Assembly: GCA_963748015.1 (NCBI GenBank)
Contig: CAVVHE010000004.1
Coordinates: forward strand, 1,088,001 to 1,152,000
Source: Terriglobia bacterium
GTDB taxonomy: Bacteria > Acidobacteriota > Polarisedimenticolia > Polarisedimenticolales > JAIQFR01
Direction: 5' to 3'
DNA length: 64,000 bases
Each line of letters begins with the position of its first letter. The stretch's first letter is position 1. A model generated the notes under the pieces. The model was not told the origin of the DNA and made no database searches. It saw nothing but the letters and a program-made list of their open reading frames with translations. A program made the position numbers and the translations under genes. Shown here one piece after another: positions 20,493 to 31,490 of the stretch.

Positions 20493-21127
20493 CCCGCGTC
20501 CTCGAAATCGAAACGGTGTGCGAACCGGACGAAGTAGTCCACGGCGGACACGAGGGCCACGATCATGGCGACCCACAGAGCCGCCACTCCGAGGAAGCCG
20601 AAGCGGAGCCAGCGCTCGAGCGTGCTCGTGAGGATCATCGCCGTGATCGCGACGATCTGGGTCACGGTCTTGAGCTTGCCCCAGGGCGAAGCGGCGATCA
20701 CGAGACCGCGGGCGGCCGCGACGCTCCGCAGCCCCGTCACCGCGAACTCTCGGCCGACGATCACGACCACCATCCACGCCGGGGCGAGCTGCAGCTCCAC
20801 CAGCGAGATGAACGCGGACGCGGTGAGCAGCTTGTCGGCGATCGGGTCGAGGAGCTGGCCGAGCGTCGTGATCTCCCCCCGGCGCCTGGCGACGAACCCG
20901 TCGAGCCAGTCGGTGGCGGCCGCGGTGAGGAAGATGGCCACGCCGACGACCTCGCGCCAGTCCGACAGCCAGCTGGCGAGGTGGCCGATCCACGCGGCGT
21001 AGCCCACGTCCTGGAGCTGCGATTTCACCCAGGCGGTGGCCCACGGCGGCGTCAAGAGGACGACGACAAGGAGCGGAACCAGGAAGATCCGCGCCACCGT
21101 GATGCTGTTCGGCAGATTGAGACGCAT
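20489..21127 (-). CDS. pgsA: CDP-diacylglycerol-glycerol-3-phosphate 3-phosphatidyltransferase
   Basis: NLPNSITVAR, DWLDGFVAR, GQLLDPIADK, GKLKT. Confidence 0.94.
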   Translation of the reverse strand: MRLNLPNSITVARIFLVPLLVVVLLTPPWATAWVKSQLQDVGYAAWIGHLASWLSDWREVVGVAIFLTAAATDWLDGFVARRRGEITTLGQLLDPIADKLLTASAFISLVELQLAPAWMVVVIVGREFAVTGLRSVAAARGLVIAASPWGKLKTVTQIVAITAMILTSTLERWLRFGFLGVAALWVAMIVALVSAVDYFVRFAHRFDFEDAG

Positions 21128-21245
21128 AGGCGCCCTCGCGCCGGCGAAAGGTACCACGGCGCGAGCGCGGTATCCATCCCTGCGAACGGGTGCGACGAAC
21201 CAGGGCCGGGAAGCGCCCGCCGCGTCGGCGGGACGTCGTGCTCCG

Positions 21246-21959
21246 CTACCTCGCGGTCACCGGCGGCACGTACCCCCTCGGGGTGATCGGATCGATGTCG
21301 TCCGTGATGGAATCCGGGACGGGCACGTACACGAAACGGACGACCTGCCCACCCGGAGTCTCGAACTCCACCCGGACCTTCCCGCCGGCGAGGACCGAGA
21401 TCGAGGGGTGGCGGCTGTCGATCCCGAGGTCCGAGACCGGCGATCCGGGCGCCCACGCCCCGTCCCCGTACGCGCTGAAGTAGACGCGCCCGGTCCCGCC
21501 CTCGTCCCGCCACCAGGCGAGATAGGGCTGGCCGAGCGGCCCGAACGCGATTCGCGGATCGAGATCGTCGCCCTCGTCCGCCCCGCCCCCCGGCTGGACC
21601 CCGACGGGGTCGGTCCATCCTCCCGGCAGCCAGCGTCCCCAGGCGAGATCGTAGCCGGCGCCGCCGAAGCGGCTCCACACCGCCCAGGGACGATTCGAAT
21701 CGAACGGGTTCTCCGCGATCGTGGGCCACAGGTCGCCGTTCAGGTCGCCGCCGGGATTGAGCACGTTCGGCGAAGACAGCGTCCGCTGCACCGACCAGAT
21801 CCTGAGGCCTCTGACCGTCGCGTTCGTCACGACCACTGTCCGCAAGTAGTTCCCGGCGTAGTCGGTCTCGACCGAAACCTCGGCGCGCGCCTCGAAAGCC
21901 CAGCCGGCCGCCGCGAGCGACAGGATGACCGCAGCGAGAAAGCTACGGTGCGTTCGCAT
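21246..21959 (-). CDS. Secreted hypothetical protein (237 aa) with Trp-rich, possibly beta-propeller-like repeats
   Basis: Signal peptide ending ARA; GGAG RBS; overlaps the 3' end of the XRE-TPR gene. Confidence 0.7.
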   Translation of the reverse strand: MRTHRSFLAAVILSLAAAGWAFEARAEVSVETDYAGNYLRTVVVTNATVRGLRIWSVQRTLSSPNVLNPGGDLNGDLWPTIAENPFDSNRPWAVWSRFGGAGYDLAWGRWLPGGWTDPVGVQPGGGADEGDDLDPRIAFGPLGQPYLAWWRDEGGTGRVYFSAYGDGAWAPGSPVSDLGIDSRHPSISVLAGGKVRVEFETPGGQVVRFVYVPVPDSITDDIDPITPRGYVPPVTAR

Positions 21960-23160
21960 GGTGTCTCCCGATCCGTTCGATGTGCCGGTCGAACTCTTCC
22001 ACCTCGGGGAACCTGCGCTCGAGGAGGGAGCGGAGGTGCCGCAGGCGCCCGAACGAGATCTTCTCTCGAGTCGGGTTACCTTCTCGGCGGGCCATCTGCC
22101 AACGGTGATAGGAGTTGAGGAACAGGATGTCTTGGTAGGCCTCGTCGGGCCGGGACGCGAGCGTGTCGGACTCGGCAAGGGCCTGCAACGCCCGGTCGCG
22201 CTCGCCGCGCCGCAGGAAAGCCTCGGAGAGCCGCGTCAGGGACAGGGCGGCGACCCTGCGGAAGCCCATCTCCCGGGCCTTCGCGTGCGCCTCGCGCAGC
22301 CGTCCGATCCCCTCGTCGAACCGGCCGAGCTCGACGAGGCAGCCGCCGAGGTTGGTCATGACCGTGGTCCTGAGCTTCTCGTGCCCGCCCAGCCGATCGA
22401 GGACGTCGAGGGCGCGGCGGTAGTCCAGGACGGCGCGATCGGCCTCCCCCTCCTCGTGATGGATGTTGCCGAGGGTGTTGAAGACGCCCGCCTGGGTCTG
22501 GACGTCTCCCTGTTCCGTCGCCAGCTCGAGAGCCTCGCGCGCGAGGATTCCCGCGAGGCACAGGTCCCCCAACTCCCGGTAGACGTAGCTCAGTTCCAGC
22601 ACCGTGCGGGTCCGCGTCGTGGGGGTCAGTCTCGACCGGGACTTCAGGATCTCGCGCAGCTCCCGCTCCGCCATCGCGAGCTTGCCGAGGGCGCGGAGCG
22701 AGGTGATCATGCTCCACCGCGCCTGCGCCTCCCGCTCGGCTCGACGCGGCGTGTCGGGCTCCTCGAGCGCGAGGTCCAGCGCGCGCTCGAAGACGACGAA
22801 GGCCCGTCCGTGCTCTCCCGACGTGAACAGCTCCGCCCCCTCGTGCACCATTTCGTCGAACTCGCGGGCCGCGGGCTCGTACGATTCGTACTGCTCGAGG
22901 TCCAGCACGTCGGCGAAGGTCTGCACGGACACGTTGAACACGCGCGCGAGCGCGCGAAGCTTCTCGAAGGAGGGGACCGCCTTGCCCATCTCGAAGCGGC
23001 TCAACTGCGAGTTGTCGATGACCTCACCGAAGGCCATCGACTGCTCCTCGACCTTGCGCAGGGTGTAGCCGTACCCCTCGCGCAGGTGTCTCAGGTAGGA
23101 ACCGAGGCGCGCGGACGGCCTCTCTCCGGAGCTGGTCGTCGCGACTTGCTCCAGTCCCAT
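21943..23160 (-). CDS. XRE-family HTH plus TPR transcriptional regulator
   Basis: LGSYLRHLRE...SQLSRFEMGKAVPS HTH followed by TPRs (NTLGNIH, TNLGGCL); start could also be 23211. Confidence 0.85.
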   Translation of the reverse strand: MGLEQVATTSSGERPSARLGSYLRHLREGYGYTLRKVEEQSMAFGEVIDNSQLSRFEMGKAVPSFEKLRALARVFNVSVQTFADVLDLEQYESYEPAAREFDEMVHEGAELFTSGEHGRAFVVFERALDLALEEPDTPRRAEREAQARWSMITSLRALGKLAMAERELREILKSRSRLTPTTRTRTVLELSYVYRELGDLCLAGILAREALELATEQGDVQTQAGVFNTLGNIHHEEGEADRAVLDYRRALDVLDRLGGHEKLRTTVMTNLGGCLVELGRFDEGIGRLREAHAKAREMGFRRVAALSLTRLSEAFLRRGERDRALQALAESDTLASRPDEAYQDILFLNSYHRWQMARREGNPTREKISFGRLRHLRSLLERRFPEVEEFDRHIERIGRHHANAP

Positions 23161-23260
23161 TTGCGAGAACGCCTCGGCTCCCGCTGCCGCGCGTCTAGGT
23201 AGACGGCCCATCTCCCCCCCCTGAGCCCTCGAGCCTGTCCTTCTGCGGCCTCTCCACCAC

Positions 23261-23298
23261 CTTTTATTACCCTTATTCTTCCCTGTCAACAACGTTGT
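23261..23298 (-). promoter_or_regulatory. Sigma70-type promoter for the XRE-TPR gene with an adjacent palindrome
   Basis: TTGACA (23289-23284), 17 bp, TAAAAG (23266-23261); ACAACGTTGT palindrome at 23289-23298. Confidence 0.55.
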
Positions 23299-23429
23299 CG
23301 TGGAGGGCGGCTCTCCTGCGGACCAGGGAACCGCACGGAATGGCCCCCCGCGAGAGTCGCCGGGGCCGCAGCGCACCCATGTCGGCCGACGGGGACGGCA
23401 GGGGCGCGTGAGGTATATTCCCCCTGCGC

Positions 23430-24995
23430 ATGAACGGTTTGGGAGGCTCCGCCAGGACATCGAATCTCCCCGGATCCCACGATTCGCGGCGCTTTTGCCT
23501 CGCTTTCACCCTTCTTGGAATCGCGATCGCCTGCGCCGCGTGCGCGGGAAGAGGGGCCGGACAGCTCCTGCCCGCGACACCCCCCCTCCTTCGTGCCGAG
23601 CCCACCTCGGTGGCGGCGAAATTCGAGGGGAGCTTCGAGGCGCGGCTGCGCGAGGCGCAACCCGGGACGGCCGTCCACGCGCTCCTCGATCTCAGCGAGC
23701 AGGTGGATCTCCCCCGCCTGTGCCGCTCGCTCCGCGAGTCCGGACGCGACAGGCTGTCCCGCAGGGTGGCCGTGATCGGGGCCCTCGAGCGGACCGCCGA
23801 GCGTCAGCAGGCGCTCGTCGCCCCTGCCCTCGACGCGATGATCGCGGAAGGAGTCCTCGCTTCCTGGACGGGCGTCGCGATCGTCAACCGGATCGTGGTT
23901 CGCGGGAGGGCGGACGCGATCCTCCGCCTCGCCGAGCGTACCGAGATCGCGCGCGTGCTGCCGGACTGGAATTCGGACGTTCGTGCGGCGAGCTCCGAGG
24001 ACCCCGCTGCGCCCACGACCCTCGGAGAGCGCTTCAGCAGCTGGGGCGTGAGCGCCACGGGTGCGCCGGCGCTCTGGAGGGAGGGACTCGACGGGACCGG
24101 CGTGATCGTCGCGTCGATCGACACCGGCGTGAGCGAGCGCCACGAGCAGCTCGCCGGCCGCCGGCTCGAGGGAAGCCGCGGATGGTTCGACCCGCTGTCG
24201 GGGTCGCCTCGCGCCGCCGACAGCCACGGCCACGGCACGGGCGTCCTGTCCCTCGCCGTCGGCGGGAACCCGGAAGGGCGGATCGTCGGGATGGCTCCCG
24301 GCGCGCGATGGGCGAGCGCGCTCGGCCTCTACCGGAACTTCTACTCGAGGGTGCGCATGACGCTCGCGGCCGACTGGGTGCTGCGTGTCGCGCGCCCGGA
24401 CGTCCTCATCAACCCGTGGTCGCACAACGAGGGGGCGTGCAACGCGTTCGATCTTCCCTTCATCAACGCCTGGAAGGCCGCCGGCATCTTCGTCGTCTTC
24501 CCCGCCGGAAACGCGGGGCCGAGCCCGGCGAGCGGCGAAGCGCCCGCGACCCTCGGCGGAACGGTTCCGGATGGCGGGGCGGTGTTCTCCGTCGCGGGAT
24601 TGCTCTCGAGCGGCGAGGTGCTGGACGCGTCCTCCCGCGGACCGAGCCTCTGCGGCGCCGGGAGGTTTCCCTCCGTGGCCGCGCCGGGGGCGGACCTCCC
24701 GTACGCCCTCGCGGGAGGACCGAGGGACTACGCCGTCGGATCGGGAACGTCTTTCGCCTCGGCGCTCGTCGGCGGCGCGGCGGCGCTCCTCCTCCAGGCC
24801 GAGCCGTCGCTCGAGCCGGACGAGCTCGAGCGGCTCATCGCGGAGGGGTGCCGCGATCTCGCACCGGCGGGGCCGGACGACCGGAGCGGGACGGGGGCGA
24901 TCGACCTGGTGCGCTCGCTCGAGCTGCTTCGGAGGCTCCACCCCTCGTCCCGGCGCGCGGAGGGGAGCGCCGCGTCAGTTGGCGAGCACCACTGA
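23430..24995 (+). CDS. Secreted/lipoprotein S8 subtilisin-like serine protease
   Basis: Catalytic motifs IDTG, HGHGT, PAGN, GTSFAS; propeptide-like region; hydrophobic N-terminus with Cys. Confidence 0.88.
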   Translation: MNGLGGSARTSNLPGSHDSRRFCLAFTLLGIAIACAACAGRGAGQLLPATPPLLRAEPTSVAAKFEGSFEARLREAQPGTAVHALLDLSEQVDLPRLCRSLRESGRDRLSRRVAVIGALERTAERQQALVAPALDAMIAEGVLASWTGVAIVNRIVVRGRADAILRLAERTEIARVLPDWNSDVRAASSEDPAAPTTLGERFSSWGVSATGAPALWREGLDGTGVIVASIDTGVSERHEQLAGRRLEGSRGWFDPLSGSPRAADSHGHGTGVLSLAVGGNPEGRIVGMAPGARWASALGLYRNFYSRVRMTLAADWVLRVARPDVLINPWSHNEGACNAFDLPFINAWKAAGIFVVFPAGNAGPSPASGEAPATLGGTVPDGGAVFSVAGLLSSGEVLDASSRGPSLCGAGRFPSVAAPGADLPYALAGGPRDYAVGSGTSFASALVGGAAALLLQAEPSLEPDELERLIAEGCRDLAPAGPDDRSGTGAIDLVRSLELLRRLHPSSRRAEGSAASVGEHH

Positions 24996-25652
24996 CCCGT
25001 CGGCGTTCATGCGCAGCGTGACCGCCAGCGCGGCGGCATCGGGGCGCTGCGCCGGGGCGCTGCGCTTTCCGGCCGTGCCGAGCTTCGACTGGACGCGCGA
25101 GACGTAGTCCCGCGTCTCGGCGTAGGCGGGCACGCCGCCGTATCTCCTCACGGCCCCCGCTCCGGCGTTGTACGCCGCGAGTGCCAACGTGACGTCCCCG
25201 CCGAACTCGTCGAGCAGGTCGCGCAGGTGCTCGGCGCCGGCCCTCAGGCTCTGGTACGGGTCGTGGATGTCGGTGACCCCGTAGCGCTTCGCCGTCGCGG
25301 GCATCAGCTGCATGATCCCGCGCGCGCCCTTCGAGGAAACCGCGCGGGGCCGGAAACCGGATTCCACGAGGGCGACGGCCTTGATGAGGGACGGGTCCAG
25401 CCCGTTCTCGCGGGCCACTCGATCGATGAAGGGGTCGTAGGTGGTCGCCGGAAGCGATCCGCCGCGGAACCGTCCCGCCGCCCGGGCGAAGCCCGGGACC
25501 GGCCTCGCCTCGCGGCGATCCGCCACGTTGGTGACGACCATCTCGCCGTTCTTGAAGTAGTACAGAAGCTCCTCCGCTGGGGCGGGAAGTGCAGCGGCCA
25601 GGAATACCGTGATCACGGCCGCCGCTACCCCCCCGGGGAGCTTCGATGTCAT
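24975..25652 (-). CDS. Lytic transglycosylase (SLT domain)
   Basis: [28 protein letters not shown] overlap with alaS stop. Confidence 0.92.
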   Translation of the reverse strand: MTSKLPGGVAAAVITVFLAAALPAPAEELLYYFKNGEMVVTNVADRREARPVPGFARAAGRFRGGSLPATTYDPFIDRVARENGLDPSLIKAVALVESGFRPRAVSSKGARGIMQLMPATAKRYGVTDIHDPYQSLRAGAEHLRDLLDEFGGDVTLALAAYNAGAGAVRRYGGVPAYAETRDYVSRVQSKLGTAGKRSAPAQRPDAAALAVTLRMNADGSVVLAN

Positions 25653-28327
25653 TTTGGTGGCTTCCTCTCCCGGATCGCCTGGAAGGCGCGAGCGAGCGCT
25701 TCGACCGCCAACGCCTCGTCGAGCTTCGAGGGGTCCTTTCCCCCCGCCTCGGCGAGATCCTTCTTGCCGCCTCCTCCGCCGCCGACGACCTTCGCCAGCT
25801 CGCGAACGACGTCGCCCGCGGGGAGCGAGTCCTCGATGTCGCGCGTCACGGTCACCAGGAGGTACGCCTTGGCGCCGTCGGCGCGTCCGATCACCACGCA
25901 TCCCGACCCGAGCTTCTGTCGCAGCTCGTCCGCGAGGACTCTCGCCTCCTGGGGCGACAGACCGTCGGCGCGGGCGGCCACGACCCTCACTCCACCTACA
26001 ATCTGGGGACTGGAAGCCCTCTCGGCAAGCTCGAGCCGCGCGGCGCGGATCCGCTGGTGTTCCAGCTCGCGCTGGAGCGCTTTTGCGTGCTCGATACGCT
26101 TTTGTAATTCGGCCACGACCGACTCGCTCGGCACCGCGAGCAGCTCCTCGAGCGCCTTCACGAGTCGGTGCTCCTCGCGGAAACGGGCGAGGGACCCTTC
26201 GCCGGTGACCGCCTCGATGCGGCGCGTCCCGGAGGCGATCCCACGCTCCTGCACGATCTTCACGAGGCCGATCTCGCCCGACCTCGCGCAGTGCGTGCCG
26301 CCGCACAGCTCCGTCGAGAATTCTCCCACTCGGACCACGCGGACCCGCTCCCCGTACTTCTCGCCGAACAGCGCCATCGCACCGGTCCGAAGCGCGTCGT
26401 CGAGCTCCATCTCCTCCGAGCCCACGGGGAGGTCCGCCAGGACCTTCCGATTCATCAGCGACTCGATGTCCTCGAGCGCCCTGTCGGTCAGCGGCGCGAA
26501 GTGGCTGAAGTCGAAGCGGAGCCGGTCGGGCGCGACGAGCGATCCCGCCTGCTTGACGTGCGTCCCGACCACCTCGCGCAGGGCGGCGTGAAGGAGGTGC
26601 GTCGCCGTGTGATTCCGCCGGATCGCCGCGCGCCGCCCCTCGTCGACCTCCGCGACGACCCTGTCGCCCGCGGCGATACCTCCCGTCTCGGCCCGGACGC
26701 GATGCGCGACGATCCCCTCGGAAGGCCGGTACGCTCCGAGGACGCGCACCCGGGCGGAAGGCGAGATCAGCCAGCCGGTGTCGCCGACCTGGCCGCCCGA
26801 CTCTCCGTAGAACGGCGTGCTCTCGAGAAGGACCTCTCCCTCTTCTCCCTCCCCGATCGCCCGGACGGCGCCGCCGGCGGCGAGCGTCGCCACGACCGGG
26901 ACGTCTTCCGCCCGGGTCGACCGGTATCCGAGGAAGGCGCTCCGCGCTTGTCCCGCGAGCGCCCCCCAGGCGTGCGCCTGCTCCTGGCGCCCCTGTCCCT
27001 TCCACGACGCCTGCGCCCGGGCGCGCTGCCCCGCCATCTCGCGATCGAACCCCTCCATGTCGAGGACGATCGAGCGCTCCTCGGCGATGTCCTGCGCGAG
27101 ATCGAGGGGAAGGCCGAAGGTGTCGTAGAGGCGGAAGAGCTCCTCGCCCGGGAGGGTCCTCGCTCCCTCGCCGAGGCCCGCGATCGAACGCTCGAGAATC
27201 TCGATCCCCGCGGTCACCGTCTCGGCGAACCGCTCCTCCTCGCGGCGCGCGACCTCGAGGATCGCGTCGTTCGCGGCCACGAGCTCGGGGTAGACGGCGG
27301 AGAGGGTGTCGAGGACCGCCGGCGTGACCTCGTGGAGGAACGGTTCCCGGATCCCGAGCTTCAGGCCGTGCCGGATCGCCCGGCGCAGCACGCGCCGGAG
27401 CACGTAGCCCCGCTTGTCGTTGGCCGGGACGACGCCGTCCGCGACGAGGAAACAGAGCGCTCGGGCGTGATCGGCGATCACCCGCAGCGAGAAGTCCGCC
27501 TCGCCTCCCGCGCCGTAACGAATCTTCGCGCGCTTCGCCGCCGCGGCGAGGATCGGGGAGAACAGATCGGTGTCGTAGTTGCTGCGCTTCCCCTGGAGCA
27601 CCGCCACGATGCGCTCGAGGCCCATGCCCGTGTCGATGCTCGGCGCGGGGAGCGGCGCGTAGCTGCCGTCGTCCCCCTGCTCGAACTGCATGAACACGAG
27701 GTTCCAGATCTCGACGTAGCGCCGGTCGTCGGTGGCCGGGGTGGACTCCCCCGCGACCGAGGCGAGATCCTCGCCGAGGTCGAAGTGGATCTCGCTGCAG
27801 GGCCCGCACGGGCCCGTGTCGCCCATCCGCCAGAAGTTCTCCTTCTCTCCGAGGCGAAGGATCCGGCCGGGATTCACCCCCATCTCGTCGCGCCAGAGCG
27901 CCGCGGCCTCCTCGTCGGCCGAAACTCCCTCCGACCCGCCGAAGACCGTGACCCACAGCCGCTCCGCGGGAATGCCGTAGACCTTCGTGACGAGCTCCCA
28001 CGCGAAGGCGACCGCCTCGCGCTTGAAGTAGTCGCCGAAGGAGAAGTTACCGAGCATCTCGAAGAAGGTGTGGTGGCGCGGCGTGCGGCCGACCTGCTCC
28101 AGGTCGTTGTGCTTTCCGGAGACCCTCAGGCACTTCTGCGAGGAGGTCGCGCGCGCGTAGTCGCGCTTCTCCCGGCCCGTGAACGTGTCCTTGAACTGGT
28201 TCATCCCCGCATTCGCGAACAGCAGGGTCGGATCGTTGGGAAGGACCAGCGGGGAGGAGGGCACGATCCGGTGCCCCCGGGACGCGAAGAACTCGAGGAA
28301 CGCTTGTCGGGTCTCGGCCGAAGTCAT
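25649..28327 (-). CDS. alaS: Alanine--tRNA ligase
   Basis: [42 protein letters not shown]. Confidence 0.98.
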   Translation of the reverse strand: MTSAETRQAFLEFFASRGHRIVPSSPLVLPNDPTLLFANAGMNQFKDTFTGREKRDYARATSSQKCLRVSGKHNDLEQVGRTPRHHTFFEMLGNFSFGDYFKREAVAFAWELVTKVYGIPAERLWVTVFGGSEGVSADEEAAALWRDEMGVNPGRILRLGEKENFWRMGDTGPCGPCSEIHFDLGEDLASVAGESTPATDDRRYVEIWNLVFMQFEQGDDGSYAPLPAPSIDTGMGLERIVAVLQGKRSNYDTDLFSPILAAAAKRAKIRYGAGGEADFSLRVIADHARALCFLVADGVVPANDKRGYVLRRVLRRAIRHGLKLGIREPFLHEVTPAVLDTLSAVYPELVAANDAILEVARREEERFAETVTAGIEILERSIAGLGEGARTLPGEELFRLYDTFGLPLDLAQDIAEERSIVLDMEGFDREMAGQRARAQASWKGQGRQEQAHAWGALAGQARSAFLGYRSTRAEDVPVVATLAAGGAVRAIGEGEEGEVLLESTPFYGESGGQVGDTGWLISPSARVRVLGAYRPSEGIVAHRVRAETGGIAAGDRVVAEVDEGRRAAIRRNHTATHLLHAALREVVGTHVKQAGSLVAPDRLRFDFSHFAPLTDRALEDIESLMNRKVLADLPVGSEEMELDDALRTGAMALFGEKYGERVRVVRVGEFSTELCGGTHCARSGEIGLVKIVQERGIASGTRRIEAVTGEGSLARFREEHRLVKALEELLAVPSESVVAELQKRIEHAKALQRELEHQRIRAARLELAERASSPQIVGGVRVVAARADGLSPQEARVLADELRQKLGSGCVVIGRADGAKAYLLVTVTRDIEDSLPAGDVVRELAKVVGGGGGGKKDLAEAGGKDPSKLDEALAVEALARAFQAIRERKPPK

Positions 28328-28392
28328 GGCGATCGGTCCTCTTCTTTTCGTGGCGTTGGGACCGCCCGGTGCCGGGCCGGGCCGGTCGGGAG

Positions 28393-28881
28393 TCAGGACT
28401 CGAGGTCGGCGCGGTACCGCTCGAGCGCCGCCTCGACGTCTCCAGGCTCGAATCCGGCGCGGAGCAGCGCATTATACACGCGGGCGTAACCCCGCCGGTC
28501 GAGCGCGCCCCCCTCCGCCGCCGCGCGCCGCGCAGCCTCCCGGGCGAGCAGGGCCTTCGGATCGAGATCCCCCGCACCGACGACCTCGTCCCAGGCCCGC
28601 TCCGCGACGCCGGCGTCCACGCCCCGGCGCACGAGCTCGCCGACCAGCCGCTCGCGCCCGTGCCCGAGCCGCTCCGTGCGCGTGAGGAGGTAGTGGGACG
28701 CGAGCTTGGCATCGTCCAGCACGCCGGAGGCCGTCAGCCTCTCGACCGCCGCCTCGGCGTCGGACGGCTCGCAGCCCCCCGCGACGAGCTTCTTCCGCAC
28801 CTCCGCCCGCGTCAGGGGCCGGCGGGACACGAGCGCAAGGGCCCTCTCGAACGCCGACTCCCCGCGATTCCCGGCTGGCAT
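28393..28881 (-). CDS. recX: Regulatory protein RecX
   Basis: ALALVSRRPLTRAEVRKKL, LDDAKLA, ELVRRGV, LLRAGF; sits before alaS. Confidence 0.85.
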   Translation of the reverse strand: MPAGNRGESAFERALALVSRRPLTRAEVRKKLVAGGCEPSDAEAAVERLTASGVLDDAKLASHYLLTRTERLGHGRERLVGELVRRGVDAGVAERAWDEVVGAGDLDPKALLAREAARRAAAEGGALDRRGYARVYNALLRAGFEPGDVEAALERYRADLES

Positions 28882-28973
28882 GCAGGCAATCCTAGTACGG
28901 GGAGGCGCGGGATCGCAGCGGAATTCTTGCCCTTGGCCGCCGACTTTGAAACCGCACGGTGGGGACAAGGCAC

Positions 28974-29062
28974 GGGGTCGGACGTTACAGCCTCAACACC
29001 TCGCTCGATCGGTCGTCGTGCCGGCCGGTAGACGAGGTGTTACGTCTGTAACGTCCGACCCC
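28974..29062. repeat. 89-bp palindromic element (REPIN/MITE-like)
   Basis: 17-bp perfect IR GGGGTCGGACGTTACAG (28974-28990 / 29046-29062) plus inner 9-bp IR AACACCTCG (28995-29003 / 29033-29041). Confidence 0.85.
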
Positions 29063-29065
29063 AGC

Positions 29066-30241
29066 TCATGACTTCGAAAACACGAACGGCGAGTCCACGC
29101 CTCCGCCCCTCGCGGAGGACTCCGAGGACTGCAGGGTCCGCTCCATCTCCTCGTGCGCGATGTCCGAGGTGGACTGGATGCCGGCGACCTTGAGCTTGAA
29201 CTCGTCCGGGTTCGACGCCTGGCGAAGGGCCTCCTCGAGCGAGATCAGGTCGCTCTTGTACAGGCGGTAGAGCGACTGGTCGAAGGTCTGCATTCCGTAC
29301 TGCGAGGTGCCCGCGGCGATCGCGTCGTGGATCAGCTTGGTCTTTTCCTTGTTCTCGACGCAGTCCCGGATGTACGCGGTGGAGCGCAGGACCTCGACGG
29401 CCGGAACGCGCCCTCGGCCGTCGGCGCGGGGCACGAGGCGCATCGAGACGATGGACCTCAAGACCGCGGCGAGCTGGAGCCGGACCTGCTTCTGCTGGTG
29501 GGGCGGGAAGACGGAGATGATCCGGTTCACGGTCTCGGTGGCGTCGAGGGTATGAAGGGTGGACAGGACCAGGTGCCCGGTCTCGGCGGCGGTGAGCGCC
29601 GTCTCGATCGTCTCGTAGTCCCGCATCTCGCCCACCAGGATCACGTCCGGATCCTGCCGCAGCGCGGAGCGGAGCGCCGTCGCGAACGAGCGGGTATCCA
29701 CCTCGACCTCGCGCTGGTTGACGAGGCTCTTCTTGTCGCGGTGGAGGAACTCGATCGGGTCCTCGATCGTCATGATGTGCTCGGTGCGCGTCGTGTTGAT
29801 GTAGTCGATGAGCGCTGCGAGCGAGGTGGACTTGCCGGATCCGGTCGTACCGGTCACCAGGACGAGTCCGCGCCGCTCGGCTCCGATCTGCTCGAGCACC
29901 TGGGGCAGGAGGAGGTCGCGAATCGTGAGGATCTTCACCGGAATGACGCGGAGGACGAGCCCGACGGTTCCGCGCTGCTGGAAGACGCTGCACCGGAACC
30001 GGCCGAGTCCCGGGACCGAGTAGGCCATGTCGATCTCGAAGTAGTCCTTGAACCGCTGCTTCTGGCGGGCGCTCATGATGCTGAAGGCCATCGCGATGGT
30101 GTCCTCCTGCATCAGGCGCTTGTGGTCCGCCATCGGTAGCAGACGTCCGTCGACTCGGATCACGGGGTGGCTGCCGACCTTCAGGTGGAGGTCGGATGCG
30201 CCCTGATCGGTGGCGATCTTCAGCAGGTCGTTGATGTGCAC
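29066..30241 (-). CDS. pilT: Type IV pilus retraction ATPase (PilT/PilU family)
   Basis: GASDLHL, GTTGSGKST, TIEDPIE, ALRQDPDVILVGEMRD, GMQTFDQ; GAGGAG RBS. Confidence 0.93.
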   Translation of the reverse strand: MHINDLLKIATDQGASDLHLKVGSHPVIRVDGRLLPMADHKRLMQEDTIAMAFSIMSARQKQRFKDYFEIDMAYSVPGLGRFRCSVFQQRGTVGLVLRVIPVKILTIRDLLLPQVLEQIGAERRGLVLVTGTTGSGKSTSLAALIDYINTTRTEHIMTIEDPIEFLHRDKKSLVNQREVEVDTRSFATALRSALRQDPDVILVGEMRDYETIETALTAAETGHLVLSTLHTLDATETVNRIISVFPPHQQKQVRLQLAAVLRSIVSMRLVPRADGRGRVPAVEVLRSTAYIRDCVENKEKTKLIHDAIAAGTSQYGMQTFDQSLYRLYKSDLISLEEALRQASNPDEFKLKVAGIQSTSDIAHEEMERTLQSSESSARGGGVDSPFVFSKS

Positions 30242-30304
30242 GACGACTCCTCGCTGCCGCGAAGGCAACCGACGGCCGGAATACGGCCCGTCCTTTCTGG
30301 GCTG

Positions 30305-30333
30305 AATCTAGGTACCGCACCGCCGGGAGTCAA
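30305..30333 (-). promoter_or_regulatory. Sigma70 promoter of pilT
   Basis: TTGACT-17 bp-TAGATT. Confidence 0.7.
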
Positions 30334-30365
30334 ATCGGCGCACGCTCGCAGCGAGCCGGAGCTCA

Positions 30366-30442
30366 CGGCTCGCCCCGGCTGAATGCGTTCGGAGACAGCC
30401 CTTTTTCGGGCTGGCGAGAACGCATTCAGCCGGGGCGAGCCG
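30366..30442. repeat. 77-bp palindromic element (REP doublet-like or terminator)
   Basis: 25-bp perfect IR CGGCTCGCCCCGGCTGAATGCGTTC (30366-30390 / 30418-30442) with inner CAGCCC/GGGCTG stem. Confidence 0.85.
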
Positions 30443-30484
30443 AGGGCCCGACTGGGGTCGACTCCGGACGCGCTCGCGGAGGGC

Positions 30485-31405
30485 CTAGACGGGCTCGAGC
30501 CAGCCGTGGCGGTCGTCGGCCTCGCCGGAGAGGATCGCGCGGAACGCCGCCTCGATCCGCTTGGTCACCGGACCGGGCCGGCCGGGCCCGACCTCGATGC
30601 GGTCCACGCTCCGCACCGGCGTGATCTCGACGGCGGTCCCGGTGAAGAACAGCTCGTCGGCCAGATAGAGCGCCTCGCGGGGGACCCGATCCTCCACGAC
30701 CTCGAGGGCCATCTCCCGGGCCAGGACGATCACGCTCGCGCGCGTGATGCCGGGAAGAACGGAGGCGCCGAGCGGCGGGGTCGCGATCTTCCCGTCGCGC
30801 ACGAGGAACAGGTTCTCGCCCGACCCCTCGCTCACGTAGCCCTGGGTGTCGAGCGCGATCCCCTCGGCGAAGCCGTTCGCGAGCGCCTCCATCTTGATGA
30901 GCTGGGAATTCGCGTAGTTGGCCCCGGCCTTCGCCATCGCGGGAAGCGTGTTGGGCGCCAGGCGCGTCCACGACGAGACCTGAACGTCCACGCCCCGCTC
31001 GAGGGCCTCCGCGCCGAGATAGGCACCCCAGCCCCAGACCGCGATCGCCACGTCGACCGGGCAGCCCTGTGGGTTCAGCCCCACGTCGCCGTAGCCGCGA
31101 AAGGCCACCGGGCGGATGTAGCACGCGCGGAAGCCGTTCGCTTTCACGGTCTCGAGGCAAGCCGCCACGATCTGATCCACCGAGTACGGGATCGGCATCC
31201 GATAGATCTTCGCGGAATCGAACAGCCGCCTCACGTGCTCCCGGAGGCGGAACACCGCGGGCCCTCGCTTGGTGTCGTAGCAGCGGATCCCCTCGAACAC
31301 CGAGGACCCGTAGTGGACGACGTGGGAGAGGACGTGGATCCGCGCCTCGTCCCAGGGCATGAGCTTGCCGTTCATCCAGATGAGCTTGCTGGGCGTGAAA
31401 GCCAT
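30485..31405 (-). CDS. ilvE: Branched-chain amino acid aminotransferase
   Basis: [34 protein letters not shown]. Confidence 0.95.
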   Translation of the reverse strand: MAFTPSKLIWMNGKLMPWDEARIHVLSHVVHYGSSVFEGIRCYDTKRGPAVFRLREHVRRLFDSAKIYRMPIPYSVDQIVAACLETVKANGFRACYIRPVAFRGYGDVGLNPQGCPVDVAIAVWGWGAYLGAEALERGVDVQVSSWTRLAPNTLPAMAKAGANYANSQLIKMEALANGFAEGIALDTQGYVSEGSGENLFLVRDGKIATPPLGASVLPGITRASVIVLAREMALEVVEDRVPREALYLADELFFTGTAVEITPVRSVDRIEVGPGRPGPVTKRIEAAFRAILSGEADDRHGWLEPV

Positions 31406-31460
31406 CGGGCCTCCGAGGCCGGGCGGACCGGCGACGATCTGGTGCGGGCGACGAGCGGCG

Positions 31461-31490
31461 ATTATAGGGAAGCGCGGCCCGGCGCTTCAA
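31461..31490 (-). promoter_or_regulatory. Sigma70 promoter of ilvE
   Basis: TTGAAG-18 bp-TATAAT. Confidence 0.6.

Noticed and set aside
24975..28001. 1008-aa ORF ending in an SLT domain
   Set aside because: The upstream part is an alternative frame of alaS; the real start is the ATGA overlap at 25652
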